Of a DNA stretch of 64,000 nucleotides, positions 36,670 through 46,409 are shown piece after piece. Source of the stretch: an uncultured virus (IMG/VR IMGVR_UViG_3300043775_002247) (Duplodnaviria > Heunggongvirae > Uroviricota > Caudoviricetes); IMG/VR virus record IMGVR_UViG_3300043775_002247. The stretch is one strand, 5' to 3'. Below the pieces are notes generated by a model. The model did not search any database, was not told the origin of the DNA, and worked only from the letters and a program-made list of their open reading frames with translations. How positions within the stretch are numbered: the first letter of the stretch is position 1; the number at the start of each line of letters is the position of its first letter. Made by a program: the position numbers and the translations under genes.

Positions 36670-39600
36670 ATGATTTTAACTCAAAGAACATATTCACCAT
36701 CAGGGTTTACAACAAGTCAAACATTAATTCACATTGTTGATACTAATAACCCGACTCAAAATCCTGCAGGTTCATCATATAAATCAACAATCGATGAAGC
36801 AATTAGTGGTTCACCATTTGTTGTAATTGTAAGTGGTACAGGTGTTAACTCATCAATTAGAAGAGATGTTAATAATCTTGCATCAGGAGATAATTCCGGT
36901 GCTTTAGGTGGATATTCAAACTCAGCAACTACAAACTATTCAATGGTTGTTGGTGGACGACAAAATGTAGTTAGTGGAGGAACACATTCGTTTATTGGAG
37001 GTGGTCGTTGTAATACGGTATCAAATAATGATTCAACTATAAGTGGTGGTTTTTGTAATAGTGTTTCAGGTGGTACATCAACAATTGGTGGTGGTCTTTA
37101 TAATAGTATTTTTGTGGGTGTTGGTAAAAATGTAACACGAAGTTCTACAATTGCTGGAGGTTATTGTAATATTATTTGCAATAATTCAATAGGAAGTACA
37201 ATTGGTGGTGGTAGTAAGAATACCTTATCAGATAATTATTCTTTTATTGGTGGGGGACTTTGTAATACCTCATGCGGTGGTTCAACCGTAGGTGGTGGTC
37301 AAGAAAATCAAGCATTAGGAGACAATTCATTTATTGGTGGTGGTATATTAAACTCATCAACAAATATAACCTCAACAATAGTTGGTGGTCAACAAAATAC
37401 CGCATCAGGAAACAATTCATTTATTGGTGGTGGTATTTCAAACTCAGCAACAACAGATTCTTCAGTTGTAGTTGGGGGGTCTAAAAACATAATTAGTGGT
37501 GGGACAACATCATTCATTGGTGGGGGTGATTATAACAGAATATCAGGAAATACTTCAACAATAATCGGTGGTTGTTGTAATGTTGTTATTGGGCCAAGAA
37601 ATACAATTGGTGGTGGTGGATATAATTTAGCATGTGTTATTGGTCCAGGAGCAAATAGTGGTGATGCAACTATTGCCGGTGGTTATTGCAACTATGCCTT
37701 AGCGAATAACTCAACTGTTGGTGGTGGAGCGAATAACAAATCTTATTGTGACAGTTCAACCATTGGTGGTGGAATGCAAAATACTGTTTGTGGAGATAAA
37801 TCAACAATTACTGGAGGTAGATGTAATATTACCTGTAGTCCTTATTCATTCATTGGTGGTGGAAAATCAAATATTGTGTATACAGTATATGGTACGATTG
37901 GTGGTGGTTGTTGTAATATCTCATCAGGAGCTACATCATTTATTGGTGGTGGTCGTCGAAATACCGCATCAGGAAATTGTTCAACAATTGGTGGTGGTTA
38001 TCTTAACTGTTCAGTAGGTGGTTGTTCAACAGTTGGGGGAGGTTGTTTTAATACCTCATGTTGTAATTACTCAACAATTGCCGGTGGTAGATTTAATTTT
38101 ATTTGTGGAACATCTTCTTCAATAGGTGGTGGGTTTAACAATCGTATTACTAGTAATACACTGAACCCATCAAATTCAGTAATTGCCGGTGGTATTAGTA
38201 ATACAATATGTAACGAATTTGGATTTATTGGTGGTGGTAGAAGTAATATGATATCGGGTACAACAGGCGTTGGTGAAGATGGTGTTATTGGTGGAGGATT
38301 AAATAATAAAACATATGGAGTTAGAGCAGCAATTTTAGGTGGATGTGGAAACTGTTTAGGTCAATGTTCTTATGGTGGTGGTATTGTAAGTGGTAATAAT
38401 AATAGAGTCGTAGAAGACTTTGGTGTTATTGGAGGCGGAAGCGTTAATGTAACATTTGCTAGTCATTCAATGATTGGTGGTGGAGCATTAAACTTTATAG
38501 GTAATTCTCAAGTAATATCATCATATTCGGCAAACACTTGTACAATACAATTGTACGGGAATCAATTATCATCATTTAGTGTAAACGACCTTTTATTAAC
38601 ATATGACAATTTTGGATGTAGTAGAAACGTAGTTATTACAGGTCAAACATATTCATCACCATATACAAACTTATATGTTACTGGAGCAACTGCCGCAATG
38701 GGAGCGTTCCCTTCGTCACAACCACTTTTACGAAATTTTACAACAAGTTCAGGTGGATTTTGTCAAGGATTTATTGGGGGAGGTATTGGTAATACCGTAT
38801 CAGGTGCCACTTCAAGTATTGTTGGTGGTAGTCAAAATACTATAACAAGTACCCATTCATTTATTGGTGGTGGTAGAGGTAATATATCATCCGGTAATTA
38901 TTCATCAATATTAGGTGGTTCGTCTAATAATACTAGTGGTTGCACATGTGCTATGATTGTTGGTAGTAATATAACTGCAAATAGAAATTGTACAACATTT
39001 GTTAACGACATGATTATTGACTCTATGAGTACTTGTAGTGGTTGTTATGTTGGAGTTAGCACAAATGGACTTTTAGTACCTATTGCCGGTGGTGGAGGTG
39101 GTGGTTCATCAGCCGTAATTATAACCGGAACAGGTGTTAACTCATCTGTTAGATGTGGTGTTAGTAATCTTGCATCGGGAAATTGTAGTGCAGTATTAGG
39201 TGGGTCATCAAACTCGGGAACAACAGATTTTTCAGTTGTAGTTGGGGGAAATCAAAACATTATTAGTGGAGGAACTCATTCATTTATTGGTGGTGGTTGT
39301 GGTAATACTGTTTCTGGTAGTACTTCAACAATTGGTGGTGGTTATAAAAACACAGCATCGGGGGCATGTTCATTTATTGGTGGTGGTAGTAGTAATATTG
39401 CTTCAGGTCCTCATTCAACAATTGGTGGGGGTTTTAGTAACGAATCTAATGGTAATTATTCAACAATAGCCGGTGGTAGAAATAATACAGTCTCTTGTAA
39501 TTATACATTTATTGGGGGAGGTATAAATAATAACGCTTTAGACTATTGTACAACAATTGGTGGTGGTGTTGGTAATATAGTATCTGGTACCTCATCAACA

Positions 39601-41844
39601 ATTGGTGGTGGTAATCAAAACACAGTTTCAGGTAATTTTTCATTCATTGGTGGTGGAAGTTTAAATGTCGCCACAGGGCAAACTTCAACAATTGCCGGAG
39701 GTAGAAATAATACATCAGGAGGAATAGATTCAACAATATCCGGTGGTAGAAATAATACCGCGTCAGGAAATTGTTCATTTGTTGGAGGTGGGTGTAAGAA
39801 CATAGCATCGTCTCAGTATTCAACAGTTGGTGGTGGACAATCTAACACATCTTCATGTTTTAGGTCAACAATTGCCGGTGGACTAAGTAACACATCTTCA
39901 GGAGCTTATTCATTTATTGGCGCTGGATGTTGTAATATAGCATCAGGTAATACCTCAACAATTGCCGGAGGTTGTAAAAATGTGACATCAGCATTATCAT
40001 TTGTCGGTGGTGGTACTACTAATTGTGCTATCGGTAATTGTTCGTCAATTGTTGGTGGTTCAGGAAATACAGTATCAAGTGTGTTTTCAACAATTGGTGG
40101 TGGTAAATCTAATTATATATCTTCATATTATACTAAATATTCATCTATAGTTGGGGGACAATCTAATTGTGTTGGATACGGTTATCAGTCATTTATTGGT
40201 GGTGGTTGTTGTAACATAGTTTATGGTACTAGTTCCGCTATCATAGGAGGCCGTAAAAACACCGCATGTGGTAGTTATTCAATCATATCAAATGGATTTT
40301 GTAATTGTGCACGAAGTGGTTCATTTGTTGGTACAGGTGTCTGTCATCTCTCATGTAAGTCATCATTTGTTGGTGGTGGTTGTAAAAACACCTCTTCCGA
40401 ATATTTTTCATTTGTAGGTGGAGGTACAGGAAACACTTCAAGTAATTGTTTTTCATTTGTGGGTGGTGGATATTGTAACACCGCATCAGGATGTACTTCA
40501 TTTATTGGTGGTGGTAGTTGTAATTTATCTTCAGGTTGTTGGTCAACTGTTGGTGGTGGTTTTAAAAACACGGCATCATGTTGTTTTTCAACAATAGGTG
40601 GTGGTAATGGTAATACGGCATCAGGTTTACGTTCTTTTGTAGGTAGTGGTGGTGGTAACATATCATCATCAACTTCAACTGTTGTTGGTGGTGGTAATTG
40701 TAATACGGCATCAGGAGTTTATTCATTTATTGGTGGTGGTTCAAATAATACATCATCAGGTTCTACTTCAACAATTGCCGGTGGTAGATGTAATACATCA
40801 GGTGGAATAGATTCAACAATAGGTGGTGGTAGATGTAATACGTTATTAGGAGAATATTCATTTATTGGTGGAGGTCGAGAGAATAATTCAGTATGTAGAG
40901 ATTCTTCTATTGGTGGTGGACGAGGTAATTGTGCTAACGGTTATCGTTCAACAATTGCCGGTGGTGGTTTTAACACAACACAAGGTACTAACTCATTTAT
41001 TGGTGGTGGTAGAAGTAATATCGCCTCAGGTGTTGATTCAACAATAGGTGGTGGGTTTTGTAACACCGCATCAGGGTGTACCTCAGTTATTGGTGGTGGT
41101 ATAAGTAATATCGTTTCAGGATTTTTTTCAACAATAGGTGGTGGATGGGATAATACTGTAAATGGAAATCGTGCAACGATTGCCGGAGGTTTTTGTAATT
41201 CAGCAAGTGATAATTATTCAACTGTTGGGGGTGGTAGAGAAAATACCGCATCGGGGGCAAATTCAACAATTGGTGGTGGTCAACTAAATGTCGCATCTGG
41301 AGCATCTTCAACAGTAACGGGAGGTTTTCTTAATAGAGCGTATGGAGAAAATTCATCTATTATTGGCGGTAATAGAGCTTGTGCTCCTCGTTTTGGACAA
41401 AGGTCGTTTGCAAATGGAACTTGGACACCATTTACCGGTACAGGTGAGACACAACAAATAGATTTATTAGGTAGAAATACAACAACAGGTGTAACAACTG
41501 TTAACATTTTTTTAGATGGTTCATCACAAAGAATATCAGTTTTAAACGAAACCGCAATGTTTGTTACTATTAATATTGCAGGAATTACTAGTGGTGGTAC
41601 ATCAGCAGCTCACTATATAAGAAAAGTTGCCATTAAAAATGTAGGTGGAACAACTTCATTAATTGGTGCGAGTCCGGTATCAACCATAGGGACAGATGTT
41701 GAAGATAACGCTTTGTATGACGTTACAATATCTGCGGATGATACAAATGATGCTTTAGATATACAAGTAACCGGTGCTGTTGGAGATACTATGAGATGGA
41801 CAGTCCATATTAGTGGAGTTGAAATAAAATATTCTTGGACTTAA
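36670..41844 (+). CDS. large Gly-rich repeat protein, putative tail fibre/adhesin (beta-roll, YadA-head-like)
   Basis: Dozens of about 14-aa S[TF]IGGGxxNxASG units and a C-terminal globular domain; TATTTAT at 36645-36651. Confidence 0.8.
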   Translation: MILTQRTYSPSGFTTSQTLIHIVDTNNPTQNPAGSSYKSTIDEAISGSPFVVIVSGTGVNSSIRRDVNNLASGDNSGALGGYSNSATTNYSMVVGGRQNVVSGGTHSFIGGGRCNTVSNNDSTISGGFCNSVSGGTSTIGGGLYNSIFVGVGKNVTRSSTIAGGYCNIICNNSIGSTIGGGSKNTLSDNYSFIGGGLCNTSCGGSTVGGGQENQALGDNSFIGGGILNSSTNITSTIVGGQQNTASGNNSFIGGGISNSATTDSSVVVGGSKNIISGGTTSFIGGGDYNRISGNTSTIIGGCCNVVIGPRNTIGGGGYNLACVIGPGANSGDATIAGGYCNYALANNSTVGGGANNKSYCDSSTIGGGMQNTVCGDKSTITGGRCNITCSPYSFIGGGKSNIVYTVYGTIGGGCCNISSGATSFIGGGRRNTASGNCSTIGGGYLNCSVGGCSTVGGGCFNTSCCNYSTIAGGRFNFICGTSSSIGGGFNNRITSNTLNPSNSVIAGGISNTICNEFGFIGGGRSNMISGTTGVGEDGVIGGGLNNKTYGVRAAILGGCGNCLGQCSYGGGIVSGNNNRVVEDFGVIGGGSVNVTFASHSMIGGGALNFIGNSQVISSYSANTCTIQLYGNQLSSFSVNDLLLTYDNFGCSRNVVITGQTYSSPYTNLYVTGATAAMGAFPSSQPLLRNFTTSSGGFCQGFIGGGIGNTVSGATSSIVGGSQNTITSTHSFIGGGRGNISSGNYSSILGGSSNNTSGCTCAMIVGSNITANRNCTTFVNDMIIDSMSTCSGCYVGVSTNGLLVPIAGGGGGGSSAVIITGTGVNSSVRCGVSNLASGNCSAVLGGSSNSGTTDFSVVVGGNQNIISGGTHSFIGGGCGNTVSGSTSTIGGGYKNTASGACSFIGGGSSNIASGPHSTIGGGFSNESNGNYSTIAGGRNNTVSCNYTFIGGGINNNALDYCTTIGGGVGNIVSGTSSTIGGGNQNTVSGNFSFIGGGSLNVATGQTSTIAGGRNNTSGGIDSTISGGRNNTASGNCSFVGGGCKNIASSQYSTVGGGQSNTSSCFRSTIAGGLSNTSSGAYSFIGAGCCNIASGNTSTIAGGCKNVTSALSFVGGGTTNCAIGNCSSIVGGSGNTVSSVFSTIGGGKSNYISSYYTKYSSIVGGQSNCVGYGYQSFIGGGCCNIVYGTSSAIIGGRKNTACGSYSIISNGFCNCARSGSFVGTGVCHLSCKSSFVGGGCKNTSSEYFSFVGGGTGNTSSNCFSFVGGGYCNTASGCTSFIGGGSCNLSSGCWSTVGGGFKNTASCCFSTIGGGNGNTASGLRSFVGSGGGNISSSTSTVVGGGNCNTASGVYSFIGGGSNNTSSGSTSTIAGGRCNTSGGIDSTIGGGRCNTLLGEYSFIGGGRENNSVCRDSSIGGGRGNCANGYRSTIAGGGFNTTQGTNSFIGGGRSNIASGVDSTIGGGFCNTASGCTSVIGGGISNIVSGFFSTIGGGWDNTVNGNRATIAGGFCNSASDNYSTVGGGRENTASGANSTIGGGQLNVASGASSTVTGGFLNRAYGENSSIIGGNRACAPRFGQRSFANGTWTPFTGTGETQQIDLLGRNTTTGVTTVNIFLDGSSQRISVLNETAMFVTINIAGITSGGTSAAHYIRKVAIKNVGGTTSLIGASPVSTIGTDVEDNALYDVTISADDTNDALDIQVTGAVGDTMRWTVHISGVEIKYSWT

Positions 41845-42020
41845 ATATTTTCTTGTTTGGTTTTATTCAAACCCTCATAAATCCTTAAAAGTTTTAAGGA
41901 TTCGTTGTAGTTTTTTTCTAATCTATCTAATTCTTTTTCGTTGACACCTTTTTCACAGGCTTCTTCGTAAATTTTTTTAGATTCAGTTACCAAATTCGAT
42001 ATTGTTCTAATCAGTTTCAT
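41841..42020 (-). CDS. small 59 aa protein (absent from the ORF track)
   Basis: MKLIRTISNLVTESKKIYEEACEK...ENI; TATTTAT at 42026-42032. Confidence 0.7.
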   Translation of the reverse strand: MKLIRTISNLVTESKKIYEEACEKGVNEKELDRLEKNYNESLKLLRIYEGLNKTKQENI

Positions 42021-42098
42021 ATTATATAAATATCATCATCTTTACCATTTATTACATTTGATTGTCATTTATATTTAATTAAAAACGTTTTATATAAT

Positions 42099-43079
42099 AT
42101 GATTTTTGTTACAGCACAACCTGATGTACCTTATTTCCATTGGCAAATAATGGTGTATATACATAACTTTATTGAACATGGTGTTCCCCCTAATCAAATA
42201 CACGTATTACTTGGAATAATAAGTAAAGATGGTAAACCAACTAAAGAATCTTTAAAATTAAAAGATACCGGAGTTAACGTACATCATTATATCGACGATA
42301 GACCTCAAAAACATTATATACCGACAGTTAAACCTTTTTTAATTTCAAAATGGTTAAAAGATTTTCCTGAACATGGTAAATGTTTCTTCTTACACGATTC
42401 TGATATTATATTCAGAAAATTACCAAATTTTGATAGTTTAATTAATGACGATATTACTTACTTATCCGATACCATAGGTTATATCGGATATAACTATATT
42501 ATGGATTGTTGTAATCGTTATGAAAGTGCTCACCCTACATCCGGTAAAGGTCAATTACTTAACGAAATGGCCGACGTTATTGGTGTGTCAGTCGAATGTA
42601 TCGAATGTAATCAAGAAAATTCAGGTGGTGGTCAATACCTAATTAAAAATACGGATTGGTTATTATGGGAAAAAATTTATGCAGATTGTGTTCCACTATA
42701 TGACCAAATGTTAGATTATCAAAGAAGATTCCCAATAAGTCCCGGTGAAATTCAATTTTGGACCGCAGAAATGTGGTCATTATTATGGAACTTATGGTTA
42801 CACGGAATTGAGACAAGAATTACACCCGAGTTTGAATTTTCATGGGCAACCGACTCAATAAAAATATATGAAGATAAACCAATTCTTCATATGGCGGGTG
42901 TGACCGGTAATCAAAAACAAGATAAATTTTATAAAGGAGATTTTATTAATATTAACCCATTAGATAAATTAAAAGAGGATATTAACTTTTTTGATTATGT
43001 TAGTTCTCAAAGTTCAACAAAAAAATATGTAGAAGTTATGAAATCTTTGGTAAAAAAACAAATAAAGGATTATTTATAG
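42099..43079 (+). CDS. GT-A glycosyltransferase resembling plant peptidyl O-glycosyltransferases (SGT1/HPAT type)
   Basis: YFHWQ, YIPTVKPFLISKWL, HDSD (DxD), GGQYLI, WTAEMWS and ILH motifs. Confidence 0.78.
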   Translation: MIFVTAQPDVPYFHWQIMVYIHNFIEHGVPPNQIHVLLGIISKDGKPTKESLKLKDTGVNVHHYIDDRPQKHYIPTVKPFLISKWLKDFPEHGKCFFLHDSDIIFRKLPNFDSLINDDITYLSDTIGYIGYNYIMDCCNRYESAHPTSGKGQLLNEMADVIGVSVECIECNQENSGGGQYLIKNTDWLLWEKIYADCVPLYDQMLDYQRRFPISPGEIQFWTAEMWSLLWNLWLHGIETRITPEFEFSWATDSIKIYEDKPILHMAGVTGNQKQDKFYKGDFININPLDKLKEDINFFDYVSSQSSTKKYVEVMKSLVKKQIKDYL

Positions 43080-43099
43080 TATAACAGAAACAAATTATA

Positions 43100-45352
43100 A
43101 TGATATATTATTTTCAAACATGTTGCGTCAAATTAAATGAATCCGATAATTATTTCGGAGTAAATGACCTTACATTAACAACTCCTATTTTAGGGAATGT
43201 TTATGCAATCACAATACCATCATTTAGTGGATGTGCGACACTAATACAAGGTCCGATACCATCAGGGTCATTAATTTATGATGCTGGAAATGGAAGTGTT
43301 GTATTATATCCTAATCGTTCTGATTGTATAGAAAACGCATATAGTTGTTTTCCACCTCCTCCACCTCAGCCAGCAATTACTTATATTCAATCAAATGAAT
43401 GTGATGTAATTACAATATTTCCAATGACCGTTGAATGTGAGGTAATAAACCCGTCAACTGTTGGTGGTCGTGATGGTAGAGCCTCTATTTCTATTACAGG
43501 AGGTACACCACCTTACACCATTACTTGGTCCGATGGTAGTATATCACCAGCAATTATGGATTTAGAATCGGGGTCATATCCTGCGACTATTGTGGATTCA
43601 TATGGTGATTTTACGGCAAATACCGTATGCGTATTGTCAGGTCCAACACCTACACCTACTCAAACACCTACGTTAACACCTACACCAACTCAAACACCTA
43701 CTTTATCTCAAACGGCATCACCTACACAAACACCTACACAAACATTAACCACAACCCCAACTAATACACCTACACAAACACCTACCCAAACTTTAACTCA
43801 AACATCAGGGGCTGTCCCTACTAATACTCCAACTCAAACACTGACTCAGACATTGACTCAGACACCTACCCCAACTAAAACATTAACACCTACACCAACT
43901 CAAACATTAACACCTACATCATCAACACCAATATTACCACCATACGGTCAAACTTTCACGATGATTGCGAGAAGTTTGAATAGTATCACAGTAAGCCCTT
44001 CATTACAATCATTTATAGTAATTACATCTTTACCGTTTAGAGTTGTTTGGGGAGATGGTAATACAACAAATTATCCGGCAGGGTCAATTAACATTACACA
44101 TACGTATTCAACACCTTACACAGGAAACATATTAATTCAGACAGCAGATTTAACATCTATAACCCAATTATCACCTGGAGGTGTGTCTCCTCAAATAACT
44201 TCAAATAGTGTTAGATATTTAGAAGTCGAAACTTCTCAAATAAATATTTTAGATGGATTAACAACATTTGGTAATTATGGTTCTGGTTTTTTCACATCAG
44301 GTAATATAAGTTTATTACCATCAACGTTAATTTCTTTTGCGTCAAACTTAACTAGTTGTTCCGGAAATGTTGCAAATTTACCAAGCAGTTTAGAAACATT
44401 TGGTGTAGATTTATTCCAGAGTCTCCCAAACCAATCAAATAATATATCAGGTAATATATCTAATTTACCGACAACATTAAAAAACTTTTTTGTTGGTGGT
44501 AATAATACTATAACTGGTAATATTGGTAATTGCCCACCATTAATGGAGGATTTACAGATTACAGGTCAAAACACTATCACTAATGACATTTCTTTAATGT
44601 CAACACCTAATTTATTTAGAATACAATTAAGAGGACTTAATACTGTTTCAGGTGATTTAGGAGGTTTATCTAATTCTGTAACTGTTATACAATTATATGG
44701 GCAAAATTCTGTAACAGGTGATATATCAACATTACCACCAAATCTAACATTCTTAGAGGTTGCAGGTAGTAACACTCTCTATGGTAATATTGGAACATTA
44801 AATTATACAACGTTATCTACAATAATTATTCTGGGGAATAACACTATTTCAGGAAATATTAGTGGTGTTAATTTAAAAACTAATGCAAGTTTAAGATTAG
44901 ATGGTAATAACACTGTTACAGGAAATATTAGTGGTTTAGGTAATTCTTACATTAATCAACAATTATATATTAATGGTAATAATACAATTTCAGGAAATAT
45001 TCAAGATTTACCATCTAACAATCGTAATGTTACTATACTAGGTAATAACACAATATCTGGTGATTTATCATTAGTTCATTTAAATATTAGATTTTTAGTC
45101 ATTAGCGGTAATAACACAATATCAACATTCTCAAATAGTTCAAGAATTTTTACTGATTTAAATCAAATTGAAATACTTGGTAGTGGACTTAATAGTACTA
45201 ACATTAATAATTTATTAACGAGTTACGCATCATCAACTTGGTCGGGTATTAAACTATTAGCACTTAATGGAACTTCATCACCACCATACACTAACTATAC
45301 ATCCTATAGCACTCTTCAAACAACAAAAGGTGTAACAATATCAATATCATAA
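43100..45352 (+). CDS. virion/adhesin-like protein: SprB-like repeat, long T/P/Q linker, PKD-like domain, LRR-like solenoid
   Basis: GGTPPYTITWSDG; TPTQTPT tract; VWGDG...THTY; repeated GNNTISGNI.xL units. Confidence 0.8.
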   Translation: MIYYFQTCCVKLNESDNYFGVNDLTLTTPILGNVYAITIPSFSGCATLIQGPIPSGSLIYDAGNGSVVLYPNRSDCIENAYSCFPPPPPQPAITYIQSNECDVITIFPMTVECEVINPSTVGGRDGRASISITGGTPPYTITWSDGSISPAIMDLESGSYPATIVDSYGDFTANTVCVLSGPTPTPTQTPTLTPTPTQTPTLSQTASPTQTPTQTLTTTPTNTPTQTPTQTLTQTSGAVPTNTPTQTLTQTLTQTPTPTKTLTPTPTQTLTPTSSTPILPPYGQTFTMIARSLNSITVSPSLQSFIVITSLPFRVVWGDGNTTNYPAGSINITHTYSTPYTGNILIQTADLTSITQLSPGGVSPQITSNSVRYLEVETSQINILDGLTTFGNYGSGFFTSGNISLLPSTLISFASNLTSCSGNVANLPSSLETFGVDLFQSLPNQSNNISGNISNLPTTLKNFFVGGNNTITGNIGNCPPLMEDLQITGQNTITNDISLMSTPNLFRIQLRGLNTVSGDLGGLSNSVTVIQLYGQNSVTGDISTLPPNLTFLEVAGSNTLYGNIGTLNYTTLSTIIILGNNTISGNISGVNLKTNASLRLDGNNTVTGNISGLGNSYINQQLYINGNNTISGNIQDLPSNNRNVTILGNNTISGDLSLVHLNIRFLVISGNNTISTFSNSSRIFTDLNQIEILGSGLNSTNINNLLTSYASSTWSGIKLLALNGTSSPPYTNYTSYSTLQTTKGVTISIS
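43643..43930 (+). repeat. mucin-like T/P/Q low-complexity tract
   Basis: Tandem acacctacacaaaca-type repeats encoding TPTQTPTLT. Confidence 0.9.
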
Positions 45353-45353
45353 C

Positions 45354-46379
45354 ATGGAAATAGAATATAATTTTTGTCTAAATATAAGTATTAATAACTT
45401 ACAAATTCATTTTAATCCAAATGGATTAGATGATAATGGATATAATCAATGGGTGTCTGATGATTACACTTATTCAATTAATTGGGACGTTTCATTAAGT
45501 AGATGGAAATTGAATGGTGGTAATCTAACTTATTCAGTATTTTCTTCCTTACCATCTTCTGTACCCCCACTTAACTCTTGGTATATATTAGGAGCTAACG
45601 GAACTGTTTATGCTAACGAAGGTGTTTGTAATCCATTAGGAATTAACTCATTAACTTTTAGTGTTAATCAACCAATATGTACTTGTGATGGTAATTTAAT
45701 GATTAATCTTTCGGGAGGTTATCCTCCATACCAATATTCAATAGATAATGGTGTCACTTATTTTAATTCACCAATTTTTAATAATTTATGTTCGGGTATG
45801 TATAGTGTTAAGGTGATTGATTCAAGTGGTAACACAAATAGTAATAATGTAAAATTAAATGAACCGGCACCTCCGACATTATATCAATTAAAATTAAATA
45901 CAACAATAACAAATCCGGTTAATACAAATACAACACTAACTAAACAATACACAACAACTTTTAGTGTTATTCCTGAATTACCAAGTGGAGTAATAGTTAA
46001 TTTTAACATATTACATTATAATACTTTTTACTATTCTCCAAGCGCTACCACAGCAACTTTAACTACTAATACTGTGTTATCTAAAAATAATGTTTCTATT
46101 CCACTAACAACAAGTGGTTTAACAACAACTAACACTGATTATAATCCATTACAAGGATGTCAGAATTTAACAAATTATTTAGATTATTATACTGAAAGTT
46201 GGAATTCTTTAAGTTTTACATCTTCAGATAGTATCATATTAAATACTACAACGACAATAACACAAAACGACCCATTAACCCCTTGTACTTACACATCAAG
46301 TCAGGATTCATTCTCAATTGGTAACGCAAGTATTAGTGGTTGTGGATGTTGTAGAGTAGAAATAATAAGTGTCAATTAA
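45354..46379 (+). CDS. putative virion protein with a SprB-like repeat
   Basis: GGYPPYQYSIDNG...FNNLCSGMYSVKVIDS. Confidence 0.72.
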   Translation: MEIEYNFCLNISINNLQIHFNPNGLDDNGYNQWVSDDYTYSINWDVSLSRWKLNGGNLTYSVFSSLPSSVPPLNSWYILGANGTVYANEGVCNPLGINSLTFSVNQPICTCDGNLMINLSGGYPPYQYSIDNGVTYFNSPIFNNLCSGMYSVKVIDSSGNTNSNNVKLNEPAPPTLYQLKLNTTITNPVNTNTTLTKQYTTTFSVIPELPSGVIVNFNILHYNTFYYSPSATTATLTTNTVLSKNNVSIPLTTSGLTTTNTDYNPLQGCQNLTNYLDYYTESWNSLSFTSSDSIILNTTTTITQNDPLTPCTYTSSQDSFSIGNASISGCGCCRVEIISVN

Positions 46380-46409
46380 AAATAAAAAAAATAAGAATAT
46401 TTATATCAC

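Noticed and set aside
36900..41370. Periodic attggtggtggt repeats as a possible CRISPR array or DGR target
   Set aside because: The repeats are degenerate, in frame and encode IGGG. There are no identical repeats with unique spacers, no reverse transcriptase, and no template/variable pair differing only at adenines that I could see
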